From: a virus
DNA: 64,000 nt
Reading direction: 5' to 3' (one strand)
IMG/VR virus record: IMGVR_UViG_3300022562_000333
Span: 19,251 to 83,250 of that record
The translations under genes and the position numbers were made by a program. Positions 40,781 to 49,568 of the stretch are shown here, piece by piece (position 1 is the stretch's first letter; every line of letters begins with the position of its first letter). The notes beneath the pieces are model-generated. The model worked only from the letters and a program-made list of their open reading frames with translations, did no database searches and was not told where the DNA came from.

Positions 40781-41744
40781 CGCACAGATCCATCATGAGG
40801 TCGAACACGGTACCCGAGGCCGGGGCCGCCACCCCCGCCAGGCGAGCGATTCTTCGGCGGGCGGTTTCAACATACGGTAGCGTCTGTTCCACCCCAACAC
40901 CATCACCCCAACCCGCCTGGATGGCTCCGACAATCTCTGACCCAGAACCGGAAAACGGAACGAGCAGCCGCCCGCACCGCGACGCCGGCAAGATGACTTG
41001 AGCGAGGTCACGGCAAAGGATTACTGGTTTGGGGGTAGGGTGCGTAGATTCAGCTCGCTCCAGAGCCGAAGGCTTCGGGCAATGAATCACGTTGGCCGGG
41101 TGCTGATTGCCATCGGTTCGCAGATCCCCAACCCCCCACTTCTCCACGTTCCGTAGAACCGTGCTTTCCGCAAGGGGGCGGCGGGCGAGGACGACGGGTT
41201 CGTGGGTTGGGAGCAACTCGGTTCGGCGGTTTTTGGGGACTCCACCGTCATGAACCCAAGGCAATGAGTCGCGAATCTCCCAACCCGCATCCTCAACCCC
41301 GGCCGCTAGACGATGTACCGTACGCGGAGAACCAAACGCGATAAGCCAAGCTCCAGGCTTTACTACCCGGAGAGCTTCTGTCGCCCATTGAGTGACCCAG
41401 CCTTGGAAGGCTAGGTTGGACTTGCGCCTAAAAGACTCCCGGTCTTGGGGGGTTCCCCCTCGACCGTAGCCCTTTATTTTGCCCTTGTTCCCGTAACCTT
41501 CTCCGCGAGATTGGTAAGCTCGCTGCCGCCCGAAGTCATCCCACCCTTCGGTCGAGAGGTTGTAGGGAGGGTCACAAAACACTCCATCAAAGGACTCTGA
41601 CGGGAGGGTCGGGAGTACCGACTCTACGAGTCCGTGTTCGATGACCCAAGGCATGACCTTACCTTGAGGTACACCTGCTGTAGAGAGCGGGGGAGGTCTA
41701 GCGGAAGGAGGAGGTCCCGACCCCCAGCGAGTTTCCCCGCCCAT
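40764..41744 (-). CDS. DNA amino-methyltransferase (beta class)
   Basis: DPPY precedes HPTPKP and PFSGSGS; true start may be MPWVIEHG at 41654. Confidence 0.85.
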
Positions 41745-41791
41745 CGGTTTTCAAAACCGCGCCAGCGCCCCGGCTGGTTCCCCTTCCAGAT

Positions 41792-42034
41792 TCAACACCA
41801 CCCGTCGTGGCGACGGCCATCCACGACGTTGCCATCCTTGTCGTACTCGCGATGGTCGGACGGTTCCTTGTGTCTCATGCAGCGGACTCGAACAAGAACC
41901 AGCTCCGTGGTCTTCGCCTGATTCGCCTTGAGCTTGCGCTCGAAGAAGTGTCCGTCGTTCCAGCCGGCAGAGGGGGTCTCCGGTTGTACTACGGCTACCC
42001 CGCAGATCCCGCACACCCCCGGCCTTGCGCTCAT
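41792..42034 (-). CDS. Small Cys-containing hypothetical protein
   Basis: MSARPGVCGICG; ATGA overlap with upstream gene. Confidence 0.5.
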   Translation of the reverse strand: MSARPGVCGICGVAVVQPETPSAGWNDGHFFERKLKANQAKTTELVLVRVRCMRHKEPSDHREYDKDGNVVDGRRHDGWC

Positions 42035-42606
42035 CCCCAACTCTCCCCACGACGAGCCCTCATGGCGTTCATGAAGAGCTTGCCCTGCTCGATCGCGTCA
42101 TCCAGAGCCACATGGGTATGCTTGTTCTCCGGGAACCACTCTTTGGGCATCTTGCCCTTGGTGGCCTCGCGGAACTCACACCCAAGGTACCCCGCGACGT
42201 AGCTCGTGAGGTCACGACCAGAGAAGCCGAACGGGCTCCTAATACCGTACTTCACGAGGTACCAGTACAGGAACATGAAGTCGAAGGTCGCCGGGTATCC
42301 GATGAACACGGCCTTACCTGGAAGGTCGAGGCACCAACCTTGAAAGTCCCTCAGCGTAGGCTCTATCGGTCGCGGATCCTTCCGGCACACGACCCAAGCC
42401 TCGGGGTTCTTGTCCCAAAACTCGGTCTTGGTCACCGGGTCCATCGACGCTCCCGGTAGTTCCTCTAGGTTCGCCTGGAAGGTGCCGATGGGTTCGTCTT
42501 CACCCAACAAGAAGGCCGCCGCTCCAAAAGAGAGCATCGAGTGAGGGCCGGGGATGGGACCATCGGCTTCCACATCGACAGACAGGTAAATTTCGGGCTT
42601 TTGCAT
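42031..42606 (-). CDS. DEDDh 3'-5' exonuclease
   Basis: SVDVEADGP, ATFD, HTHVALDDA. Confidence 0.85.
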   Translation of the reverse strand: MQKPEIYLSVDVEADGPIPGPHSMLSFGAAAFLLGEDEPIGTFQANLEELPGASMDPVTKTEFWDKNPEAWVVCRKDPRPIEPTLRDFQGWCLDLPGKAVFIGYPATFDFMFLYWYLVKYGIRSPFGFSGRDLTSYVAGYLGCEFREATKGKMPKEWFPENKHTHVALDDAIEQGKLFMNAMRARRGESWG

Positions 42607-42628
42607 TGAGGATACCTACACCAAAAGG

Positions 42629-42657
42629 AAACGGGGCCACCTAAGCAGCCCCGTTTT
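42629..42657 (-). terminator. Putative intrinsic terminator after the vWA gene
   Basis: aaacggggc..gccccgttt hairpin followed by T-rich run on the minus strand. Confidence 0.6.
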
Positions 42658-42675
42658 CACTCAGAACGCTAATGA

Positions 42676-44286
42676 TTACCAGCGCTTGCTACGAGACTTC
42701 CCGAGCTTCTTCGGCTTGGGTTTATCAGCGGGCGCAGGGGAGGCTTGAAGCTCGCCCGTTCCGAGAGGAGCCGGCCCGGTGAGTGGCGCAGGACCCATGA
42801 GGATGCTGTTGGAGGTAACGGTACCGCCTCCCGTCCAAGACATCCCGGCACCGAGGTCCGCAATGCCAGCCCCAACGACGACCCCCACACCCGCGAGGTC
42901 GTCGGGCGTAGCTGGGGTCGGAGCGGGGGCCGCTGGATCCGGCGCCACGAAGTTCTGGACCATGAGATCCTGCTGGGCGTTGGAGACCGAGTAACCATTC
43001 GAGCGGAGCACCGACTCGTCGGAAGCCGAGAGCCTGGAGGTACCAGCCCCTCGTGACATCGCTCGTCGGAGCCCACGGCGGTTACCCTCCGTATGCCGGT
43101 AGGACTCAGCATTGAGGTACATGGCGTTGACGTGCCCAGCTACGGCGGCCACCCCCACGTGACCTCGATCGGCGATCCCCTTTTGGACGTCGTTGAAGAA
43201 GGCTGCCGCTGACACGAAGTCCCCGCGAGAGGCCGCCTGCTCGGCCGCATCTTGAGCCCTCGTGAGCTGGGCTCGGGCCACGATCTCGTCAACCTCCTTG
43301 GTGGGGGTCTTCTGCTGGTCCCCATCCTTGACGAACTGGATCTTACCCTTGGCTTCACCCGTCTTGGCGACCAGCTTCCCGTCCGAGTCGATGACTTGGT
43401 ACCGGAGCTTCACATCTACGGCGTTGACTTGGCGAGGTCCCGGTTGCTTCGTCTGAGCCATCTTCATGGCCAACACAAGGTTGATGGTCTCCTCGCTCAA
43501 GACGTGAGGCACCTTGACCTCCACCTCGCCCGTGACCTCTTCCTCGACGTCGGCATCCGAGAGGACTTCGACGATCTGGTGCCCGTTGTGCGGTGCGATC
43601 TCGACCACGATGTCCTGAGCGTACGTGCTCAAAAGGCCACCCAGCTCCTTCCCGAAGGCGGCGAGGGCGCTGTCAGGGTCCTCGACGAAGGCGTAGTTGC
43701 CCTTGCCCTTGGAGGCGAGGTTTTCAAGGAGGGTTTGCTTGGCGTCCCTTCCGTACCCGAAGGCCGACATGGACGCCCTTCCGCCTTGCTTCTCGATGAG
43801 CGTTTGGAGCCCGGCGTCGTCCGTGACGCCATGCGTCGGGGCTCCGTCCGTGAACATGATGACGCGGCAGATGGTCGACTCGGGGAGGTCCATCTCGTTC
43901 GCCACCTGGAAGCCGAGAAGCATACCCCCGGAGAAGTTGGTCGACCCTTCCGTGTGGTACTTGTGGACGATCGCCCGGAGAGCGTCCTTGTTCTCCGAGG
44001 TCATCGGGACGGGCTTGGCATCCACCCTGGCTTGCGAGGAGAAGCTGACGAGCCCGAGGTAGTCCTCTGCGGACAGGTGCTCGATGAGCTTCAGGATGCT
44101 CTGCTTCGCGTAGTCGAGCTTCGCCCCCTGCATCGACCCCGAGATGTCGAGGACAGGAACGACGCAGATCGGAGGGCGTTTCGCCTGCCAATCGCTCTTA
44201 GGGGCCGTGAGACTCACCACGAGGTGGAGGTCGGTATCCTGGTCGTGGCGGACGGATTCGTAGGTAAATTGAGCCTTCAGTTCCAT
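42676..44286 (-). CDS. von Willebrand factor A domain protein
   Basis: MIDAS DISGSM, TNFSGG, FTDG; start MELKAQ. Confidence 0.85.
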   Translation of the reverse strand: MELKAQFTYESVRHDQDTDLHLVVSLTAPKSDWQAKRPPICVVPVLDISGSMQGAKLDYAKQSILKLIEHLSAEDYLGLVSFSSQARVDAKPVPMTSENKDALRAIVHKYHTEGSTNFSGGMLLGFQVANEMDLPESTICRVIMFTDGAPTHGVTDDAGLQTLIEKQGGRASMSAFGYGRDAKQTLLENLASKGKGNYAFVEDPDSALAAFGKELGGLLSTYAQDIVVEIAPHNGHQIVEVLSDADVEEEVTGEVEVKVPHVLSEETINLVLAMKMAQTKQPGPRQVNAVDVKLRYQVIDSDGKLVAKTGEAKGKIQFVKDGDQQKTPTKEVDEIVARAQLTRAQDAAEQAASRGDFVSAAAFFNDVQKGIADRGHVGVAAVAGHVNAMYLNAESYRHTEGNRRGLRRAMSRGAGTSRLSASDESVLRSNGYSVSNAQQDLMVQNFVAPDPAAPAPTPATPDDLAGVGVVVGAGIADLGAGMSWTGGGTVTSNSILMGPAPLTGPAPLGTGELQASPAPADKPKPKKLGKSRSKRW

Positions 44287-44461
44287 GGTTCTCACCAAAA
44301 TCGTGAACGTGGACGCCAAGTCGCGGAGGTTGGACGACCTCCCAAAACCCGACAGATTTCCGTTACGTCCGCGACTTCGCCCAAACCAAATGGTGCGGCT
44401 CCGTCAAAGAGACCCAAGCCGAAGCGCGGTCCCGGATACACATCATACACCAAATGACGAC

Positions 44462-44492
44462 GAGGCCCCCGCTCTTTTTGAGCGGGGGCCTC
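44462..44492. terminator. Perfect 13-bp hairpin (terminator or processing site)
   Basis: gaggcccccgctc-ttttt-gagcgggggcctc. Confidence 0.55.
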
Positions 44493-44526
44493 ACCGGGGC
44501 CAGTAGGTCTCCCTTTCAGGAGTCGG

Positions 44527-45090
44527 TTACGCCGCCGTAGCCCCGACGATGTAGAACCCATCGCCGTGGGGATGCGCTTTCGAGAGGTCCAGGTACGGAC
44601 CCCACGCCTCCGGGATCTTCCCAGCGTCAATGAAGACCGGGTGAAGGGGGAGGGAATGCGGCTTGGCTGGCTTGCGGAGTAGCTTCATGCCCGCCTGCTC
44701 CGGCGTGCGTCCGCCCTTTCGGTCGTTGCACGGGTAGCAGGAGGTCACGATGTTCTCCCAGAGGGTCTTTCCTCCCTGCCTGCGAGGGAGAACGTGGTCG
44801 TAGTTCAGTTGCCTCATGGTGAAACGTCCACCGCAGTATTGGCACCGGAACCCGTCACGAGTGAAGACGTTGATGCGGGAGAACTTGATACCCTTCTTGT
44901 AGCCGCGTACCGGCTCTTTGAGCTGGAGCACGGCGGGGATGAAGTACGCCGTGCTCGGCGAGCACACCGTCTCTTCGTACTCCTCCAACGCGATGGCCTT
45001 GTCCTGGTACACGAGGCAGATCGCCTCTTCCCAGTTAAGGATCGCGTGAGGGAGGCCCCAACTGTTGAGGAGCAGGGTTCGAGTCTCCAT
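44527..45090 (-). CDS. HNH endonuclease (McrA-like)
   Basis: RDGFRCQYCG, DHVLP, WENIVTSCYPCN. Confidence 0.9.
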   Translation of the reverse strand: METRTLLLNSWGLPHAILNWEEAICLVYQDKAIALEEYEETVCSPSTAYFIPAVLQLKEPVRGYKKGIKFSRINVFTRDGFRCQYCGGRFTMRQLNYDHVLPRRQGGKTLWENIVTSCYPCNDRKGGRTPEQAGMKLLRKPAKPHSLPLHPVFIDAGKIPEAWGPYLDLSKAHPHGDGFYIVGATAA

Positions 45091-45208
45091 GATGCACCTA
45101 CCTTCGCCTTCTCTTTCTCATGACGGCCCTCTTTCTTGTTCGATGGCCAGGTTGGAGACGCCCACCATGGGCGTCATCTGACATCTTACGAGAGGGCGGG
45201 AGCGTCGG

Positions 45209-45415
45209 CTACGACGCTCTACCGCGAGCCCTCTTCTTGGGGCGCCGGTACCAGACAAGGACGGCTTGGCCGTAGGCCACGGAGACAACATCCCTACCCA
45301 AGACTTCGCATCGAGTCTTCTTCTTCCACTCGGCGTAAGCCCGGAACAAGTCCGGCTCTACGGGGAAGGTCTCACACCCGTCAGCGGGTGGGTCGAAGGA
45401 CGAAAGAAGTCGCAT
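45209..45415 (-). CDS. Hypothetical protein
   Basis: 68 aa downstream of tmRNA. Confidence 0.45.
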   Translation of the reverse strand: MRLLSSFDPPADGCETFPVEPDLFRAYAEWKKKTRCEVLGRDVVSVAYGQAVLVWYRRPKKRARGRAS

Positions 45416-45433
45416 AACATTCTCGATACTTAG

Positions 45434-45783
45434 TGGAGGTGTCGGGAATCGAACCCGAGTCCGAAAAGTCCTTGAAAGCATCCTCTACGTGCGTAGCTGA
45501 CCTTGAGGCGTATCAGCGGCCTTTCCGAGAGCTGTAACGGGCTACCCAGGTACCCGGCCACTTCAGACGTTCAACCCCACGTTGGCGACAAGGGTTGGCT
45601 GATTCGTGTGGTTTGACTCGGGGCTACTCGAACTCCTCACCCTTCGTCTTGTTCAGGCCGCAGCCTGGACGGCGTTGTCGTTGGCAGTTATGCCACCCAC
45701 GCTTTTTGATCAAGCCGGGCCGTAGGTTACCCGCCTGCACGCGAACACTCTCTACTCCTCTCCGTCGAAACCAGTTCACCCCC
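45434..45783 (-). ncRNA. ssrA: tmRNA; tag ANDNAVQAAA* at 45685-45653
   Basis: GGGGGTGAACTGGTTTCGAC 5' end, G3-U70 acceptor, T-arm, resume context ATAACT-GCC-AAC-GAC-AAC. Confidence 0.95.
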
Positions 45784-45830
45784 AATTTGGGTCGCTCTGA
45801 AAGTACACCGGAGGGGCGAATAGCGCAAGG

Positions 45831-45915
45831 TGCCCGCCGAGGGAATCGAACCCTCACGCCCTCGAAGGAGCCACGGAGTTTAAAACCGCTGCGTATACCG
45901 TTCCGCCACACGGGC
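45831..45915 (-). tRNA. tRNA-Leu(TAA)
   Basis: Cloverleaf, long V-arm, loop TT-TAA-AC. Confidence 0.85.
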
Positions 45916-45916
45916 A

Positions 45917-46002
45917 TGGTGCTCAGAGAGGGGGTCGAACCCTCACGCCACAAGGGCACCGGGATTTGAATCCGGGGCGTCTGCCAGTTCCGCCATCTGA
46001 GC
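45917..46002 (-). tRNA. tRNA-Leu(CAA)
   Basis: Cloverleaf, CCA encoded. Confidence 0.9.
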
Positions 46003-46003
46003 A

Positions 46004-46079
46004 TGGTGGTGCCTCTGGGAGTTGAACCCAGTGCGGTCCGTTTATCAGACGGACCAGGATAACCGATCACTTCGGCACC
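46004..46079 (-). tRNA. tRNA-Ile(GAT), atypical D-arm
   Basis: gtccgt-CTGATAA-acggac, T-arm, ACCA. Confidence 0.7.
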
Positions 46080-46085
46080 AAGTAG

Positions 46086-46157
46086 TGCGAGGTACAGGAC
46101 TCGAACCTGTCTGATCCGCCTTGTCGAGACGGTGTTCTCCCCGAGAACGAACCTCGC
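46086..46157 (-). tRNA. tRNA-Val(GAC)
   Basis: Cloverleaf, loop TC-GAC-AA. Confidence 0.8.
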
Positions 46158-46160
46158 GTA

Positions 46161-46238
46161 TGGGGTCCGCCACCCCAGAGTTGAACTGGGCCGCAGACCT
46201 TATAAGAGCCCGCAGCTCGACCGGAGCGTTGTGGCGGA
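46161..46238 (-). tRNA. Atypical tRNA-like gene, anticodon TAT, 8-bp acceptor
   Basis: TCCGCCAC/GTGGCGGA, loop CT-TAT-AA, 7-bp anticodon stem. Confidence 0.6.
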
Positions 46239-46276
46239 AAGACGGACTCCGCCACAACGTATCTTGAAGCTCATAC

Positions 46277-46579
46277 CTACCCTGCTTTCAGCTCACCTTC
46301 ATCGGGTTGAACCTTGATCCTGGTCTCCGAGTGATGGGTCGGGAGAGGATCATGCGCTAGGTACCTCGTCCTCCAGTTGGGACCGTACGTCGCTGCCATC
46401 ACCTCGTCCTCTTGCTGTCGGTACTGCTCCCTCTTGATCTGTTCCAGCTTCTCACGCCGTGCATCGTGCATCTGAACGAGGCGGTCCTTGCATTCATCCT
46501 CCAAGGACTTTTTTTGCTTCTTCTGAGCCTCTCGGTCCTTGGGTTGCTTGTTCCCAGCCCGCCAAGAGCGTACCGCCAT
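46277..46579 (-). CDS. Hypothetical protein
   Basis: GGAGG RBS, 100 aa charged. Confidence 0.6.
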   Translation of the reverse strand: MAVRSWRAGNKQPKDREAQKKQKKSLEDECKDRLVQMHDARREKLEQIKREQYRQQEDEVMAATYGPNWRTRYLAHDPLPTHHSETRIKVQPDEGELKAG

Positions 46580-46642
46580 TCCAACCTCCGAGGAGGATCA
46601 CTGACCCTCCTCTAAATTGAAATACAAGAAGATCCAAAACAG

Positions 46643-46723
46643 TCGGCACGAGGGGACTCGAACCCCTACGGTTTCACCCGGTGGAACCTAAACCCACTGC
46701 GTCTGCCATTCCGCCACGTGCCG
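46643..46723 (-). tRNA. tRNA-Leu(TAG)
   Basis: Cloverleaf, long V-arm. Confidence 0.85.
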
Positions 46724-46724
46724 A

Positions 46725-46795
46725 TGGTACCCCCGTCCGGGATCGAACCGGCCAGGCCAGCTTGTAGGGCTAGCCCACGCCCAGCGTACGGGGGC
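46725..46795 (-). tRNA. tRNA-Val(TAC), short D-arm
   Basis: Loop CC-TAC-AA, ACCA. Confidence 0.7.
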
Positions 46796-46801
46796 AAGAT
46801 A

Positions 46802-46873
46802 GTCGCGACGGAGGTGCTTGAAACCTCTTCCAGATCCTTATGAGAGACCGGCCCCGTCCATGGGTCGCCGCGA
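46802..46873 (-). tRNA. Atypical tRNA-like gene, anticodon CAT, 8-bp acceptor
   Basis: TCGCGGCG/CGTCGCGA, loop CT-CAT-AA, extended anticodon stem. Confidence 0.6.
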
Positions 46874-46875
46874 TA

Positions 46876-46997
46876 GTGCCGACAAGAAGAGCCAAGACGT
46901 TTCCAGGCATCCGGCCACGGCGTCAGAGTCGCCGTTCTGGGAGTCGAACCCAGCTCGTATCTTTCGTAGAGATGTAATCCCAGCAAGCATTCGGCAC
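46876..46997 (-). ncRNA. YrlA/Y-RNA-like RNA no. 1
   Basis: GTGCCGAATG..GGATTACATC [T-arm and closed acceptor] GTCTT..CTTGTCGGCAC. Confidence 0.8.
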
Positions 46998-46999
46998 AG

Positions 47000-47073
47000 C
47001 GCCCCTTGAAGGAGTCGAACCCTCAACCTTTGGTTCCGAAGACCAACGCTCTATCCAGTTGAGCTAAAGGGGC
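47000..47073 (-). tRNA. tRNA-Arg(TCG)
   Basis: Canonical cloverleaf. Confidence 0.9.
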
Positions 47074-47100
47074 ATGAAACTTTGATTCAATTTTGAAAGT

Positions 47101-47256
47101 ATGAGGCGTCTCGTTCTCTTGGTCATCGCCCTCACGGGGTGCCCACCGGCCCCGCCTCTAACCGAACCGGGGATCGTAGAGACGGTCACCAAGATACGGG
47201 ACGCAGGGCCTCCGCCTATGGAGCCTGACCCGGAACCGTTACGTAGACGGCGTTAG
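47101..47256 (+). CDS. Small lipoprotein (51 aa, below ORF-track cutoff)
   Basis: MRRLVLLVIALTG-C lipobox, Pro-rich; TTTGAT-N14-ATG upstream. Confidence 0.6.
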   Translation: MRRLVLLVIALTGCPPAPPLTEPGIVETVTKIRDAGPPPMEPDPEPLRRRR

Positions 47257-47330
47257 CGTGCCCAGAGGGAGTCGAACCCTCAACCGCCACCTTCGGAGGG
47301 TGGTGCTCTATCCAGTTGAGCTACAGGCAC
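47257..47330 (-). tRNA. tRNA-Arg(CCG)
   Basis: Canonical cloverleaf. Confidence 0.9.
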
Positions 47331-47333
47331 ATT

Positions 47334-47579
47334 TCAGAAGTCTGGTTTGTGGGTGACTTGTTTACCGTCCGACTCGGACAGCTCTACGTGGACCATGTGC
47401 TGCTTGCTCTTCGGCGCCTTGAAATGCGCTCGGGCAAGCTCCAGAGCCTTGAGCTTGGTGTCCGCGTAGACCTCGGCCTGCTTGCCGTTGAAGAACGCGA
47501 TGTAGCCGTTCTTGCCTTCGCTCGGCTTGTTGATTTTGACACGGGTAGCAGCGGTTCGACGGTCGTAGTCGTAGCTCAT
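47334..47579 (-). CDS. Hypothetical protein with YDYDRR tag
   Basis: MSYDYDRRTAA..; domain NGYIAFFNGKQAEVYADT. Confidence 0.75.
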   Translation of the reverse strand: MSYDYDRRTAATRVKINKPSEGKNGYIAFFNGKQAEVYADTKLKALELARAHFKAPKSKQHMVHVELSESDGKQVTHKPDF

Positions 47580-47606
47580 GCTTCAACCTTAACATAGAAA
47601 CACTAG

Positions 47607-47683
47607 CAGCCCTGAGAGGACTCGAACCTCCGCAAAGTCCCGGTTTCGTAGACCGGCGCTCTTTCCAACTGAGCTACAGGGCT
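47607..47683 (-). tRNA. tRNA-Arg(ACG)
   Basis: Loop CT-ACG-AA. Confidence 0.88.
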
Positions 47684-47684
47684 A

Positions 47685-47760
47685 TGGCGTCCCCCGCTGG
47701 ACTCGAACCAGCAACCTCACGCTCCGCAAGCGTGTGCTCTATCCATTGAGCTAGGAGGAC
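47685..47760 (-). tRNA. tRNA-Arg(GCG)
   Basis: Loop TT-GCG-GA, CCA encoded. Confidence 0.85.
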
Positions 47761-47990
47761 GTTTTCTTCACGCGACGCTTCCTCGGGGGCGGAGGGGAGA
47801 ACTCATCGAGCCTCCTCTCCGCTTCCTTGAGCGCCTTCTGAGCCGCTTTGATGTCGGCCCGGAGCTTCTTGACGGTAAACTCCCGAACGTACTTCGGGAG
47901 GAACTTCATGCTCGTGACCTGCACGAGCGCATTCCAGAGCGGTTGGGTATCCACAACCGGCTCAATCGTGTTGATCCCAAGGTTTGCCAT
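47751..47990 (-). CDS. Hypothetical protein
   Basis: 79 aa; GGTGTA motif upstream. Confidence 0.6.
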   Translation of the reverse strand: MANLGINTIEPVVDTQPLWNALVQVTSMKFLPKYVREFTVKKLRADIKAAQKALKEAERRLDEFSPPPPRKRRVKKTSS

Positions 47991-48004
47991 CCTGGGGGTT
48001 ACAC

Positions 48005-48319
48005 CTACTCTCCGCCGAGAGAGTCGAGCGCCTTTTCAAGTTCGTTGGCTCGATGGTGGATACCTTTGACTCGTTGGTACTCAACGTGGAGGATTTTGCT
48101 GATCACGTCCTCCAGGTCGCGCCCGTAGGTCTCCCCCGGCAAGAACGGGTCACCATCGCCGAGGAGCTTTGCCTTCCAGCCACGACCTTCTTGACCCTTG
48201 CAGATGACCCGACACTTATAACCCTCCAAGATCCACGTGTCCGCAGTAGATCCGGGAGCAAGCACCTTACCTTTGTAGCTCGGGATTGAGGATCCTGTTC
48301 GGTCGTAGGAGTAGCTCAT
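48005..48319 (-). CDS. Hypothetical protein with YSYDR tag
   Basis: MSYSYDRTG.. Confidence 0.7.
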   Translation of the reverse strand: MSYSYDRTGSSIPSYKGKVLAPGSTADTWILEGYKCRVICKGQEGRGWKAKLLGDGDPFLPGETYGRDLEDVISKILHVEYQRVKGIHHRANELEKALDSLGGE

Positions 48320-48347
48320 GCCAACTCCCATAGGATAAAAAGAACCG

Positions 48348-48424
48348 TGGCGTCCCCAAGCGGAATCGAACCGCTGTTCCGACCTTGAGGGGGTCGTGTC
48401 CTTGGCCAGCTAGACGATGGGGAC
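48348..48424 (-). tRNA. tRNA-Glu(CTC)
   Basis: Loop CC-CTC-AA, CCA. Confidence 0.85.
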
Positions 48425-48461
48425 GAACTTGAAAAAGTCCCGATGCGCCATCTTGGTCAAG

Positions 48462-48659
48462 ATGGCCGTACGTAAATTCAACATCACCTACGGGATGTCC
48501 GAAACGGGGTGGATGGCCAGCATTTACGCTGTTCCAGGCTGCCACGCCGAGGGCTCAACCATGGATGAGGCTAGGGAAAACGTCAAGAGGGCGTTGACCT
48601 ACTTCTTTGACGATGTAGACGTCGAGTTTACAGAGGAGCCGTTTGGCTCTCCGACCTAG
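48462..48659 (+). CDS. HicB-family antitoxin-like protein (N-terminal domain only)
   Basis: VPGCHAEGSTMDEARENVKRAL. Confidence 0.75.
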   Translation: MAVRKFNITYGMSETGWMASIYAVPGCHAEGSTMDEARENVKRALTYFFDDVDVEFTEEPFGSPT

Positions 48660-49426
48660 CAGTGTCGATCCAACGCTCGGGCTCCCGCACGAGCGTTCTC
48701 TTCGGTGCGCTCTGCCTCTCGGACTTCGGCAAGGATGGCCTTTGCCGCTTCCACCGGGTCTTCTGCGTCACGGATGGGGCGTCCGATGACGATGAGGCTG
48801 GCCCCGTCGATGACGGCCCCACCGGGCGTCCCTGTCCGCCTCTGGTCCCCAACGGCTGAGCCAAGAGGTCGCACCCCTGGGACGAGGTAGAAGGCATCCG
48901 GGTGCTTCGTGTGGAGAGAGCCGACTTCTTGTGGAGAACAGACGAAGCCTCGGAGACCGCAGCCGTAGCCGAAGTCAGCGAGGTGCTGCACTCGCATCCC
49001 GATAAACGGGTGGCTCGTTCTCGGTTCGCCAGGGCTCTCTGGGTTCGTATTGAAACCCTTGAAGCGAAGATCCTCACAATCCTGCTGGGTCATCGACGTG
49101 AGGACCGTCACCCCAAGGAGGGTGCAGCCGTACGGGGCCGCTACAGCCACCGCCTGCTTCAAGGCTTCGCGCTGTTGGACGTGGAGCGTCATGAACTTGG
49201 CCCCTGCGTCGCAGCCCGCCGCCACGGCCCGCGAGACGGTCTCCGGGATGTCGTGGAGCTTGAGGTCGAGAATGACCGGCTTCGAGGTCTTCGGGAGCTT
49301 CCCTGTCCGAATGAACAACTCCAACCCCACCTTGAACGCCCCCACGTGCTCCTCCAGCATCTCGACGTAACGCGAGGCGCCGGCACCGTTCATTCCGTCG
49401 AGGGCGAAGCAGATCGGATTGCTCAT
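48656..49426 (-). CDS. pyrF: Orotidine-5'-phosphate decarboxylase
   Basis: FKVGLEL, DLKLHDIPETV, VTVLTS, VPGVR, IGRPI. Confidence 0.95.
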   Translation of the reverse strand: MSNPICFALDGMNGAGASRYVEMLEEHVGAFKVGLELFIRTGKLPKTSKPVILDLKLHDIPETVSRAVAAGCDAGAKFMTLHVQQREALKQAVAVAAPYGCTLLGVTVLTSMTQQDCEDLRFKGFNTNPESPGEPRTSHPFIGMRVQHLADFGYGCGLRGFVCSPQEVGSLHTKHPDAFYLVPGVRPLGSAVGDQRRTGTPGGAVIDGASLIVIGRPIRDAEDPVEAAKAILAEVREAERTEENARAGARALDRHC

Positions 49427-49487
49427 GGCCCGACCTTACACCGCGACGGAGTTGGACAACAACTTGTGGGGGATCGGAGAGATTGGG

Positions 49488-49561
49488 CACCCCTGGGGAG
49501 AATCGAACTCCCAGCCTCGCGCTTAGAAGGCGCTTGCTCTGTCCTGTTGAGCTACAGGGGC
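49488..49561 (-). tRNA. tRNA-Arg(TCT)
   Basis: Cloverleaf. Confidence 0.88.
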
Positions 49562-49568
49562 AAAACTG

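Noticed and set aside
42676-44286. Ro60/Rsr partner for the Y-like RNAs
   Set aside because: The vWA domain is N-terminal and no TROVE helical domain precedes it.
44300-44400. c-di-GMP-I riboswitch (GGCGAA..GACG resemblance)
   Set aside because: There is no GNRA-capped stem between the motifs and the spacing is incompatible; kept only as a structured leader.
45831-45915. Possible ochre suppressor (TTA) reading of this tRNA
   Set aside because: The 7-nt loop register gives TAA, and the long V-arm, D-loop and A73 fit Leu.
45595-46317. ORFs overlapping tmRNA and tRNA genes, and N-terminal extensions of ORFs into RNA genes (57536..59047, 51884..52303)
   Set aside because: Spurious translations of RNA genes; starts were re-set downstream.
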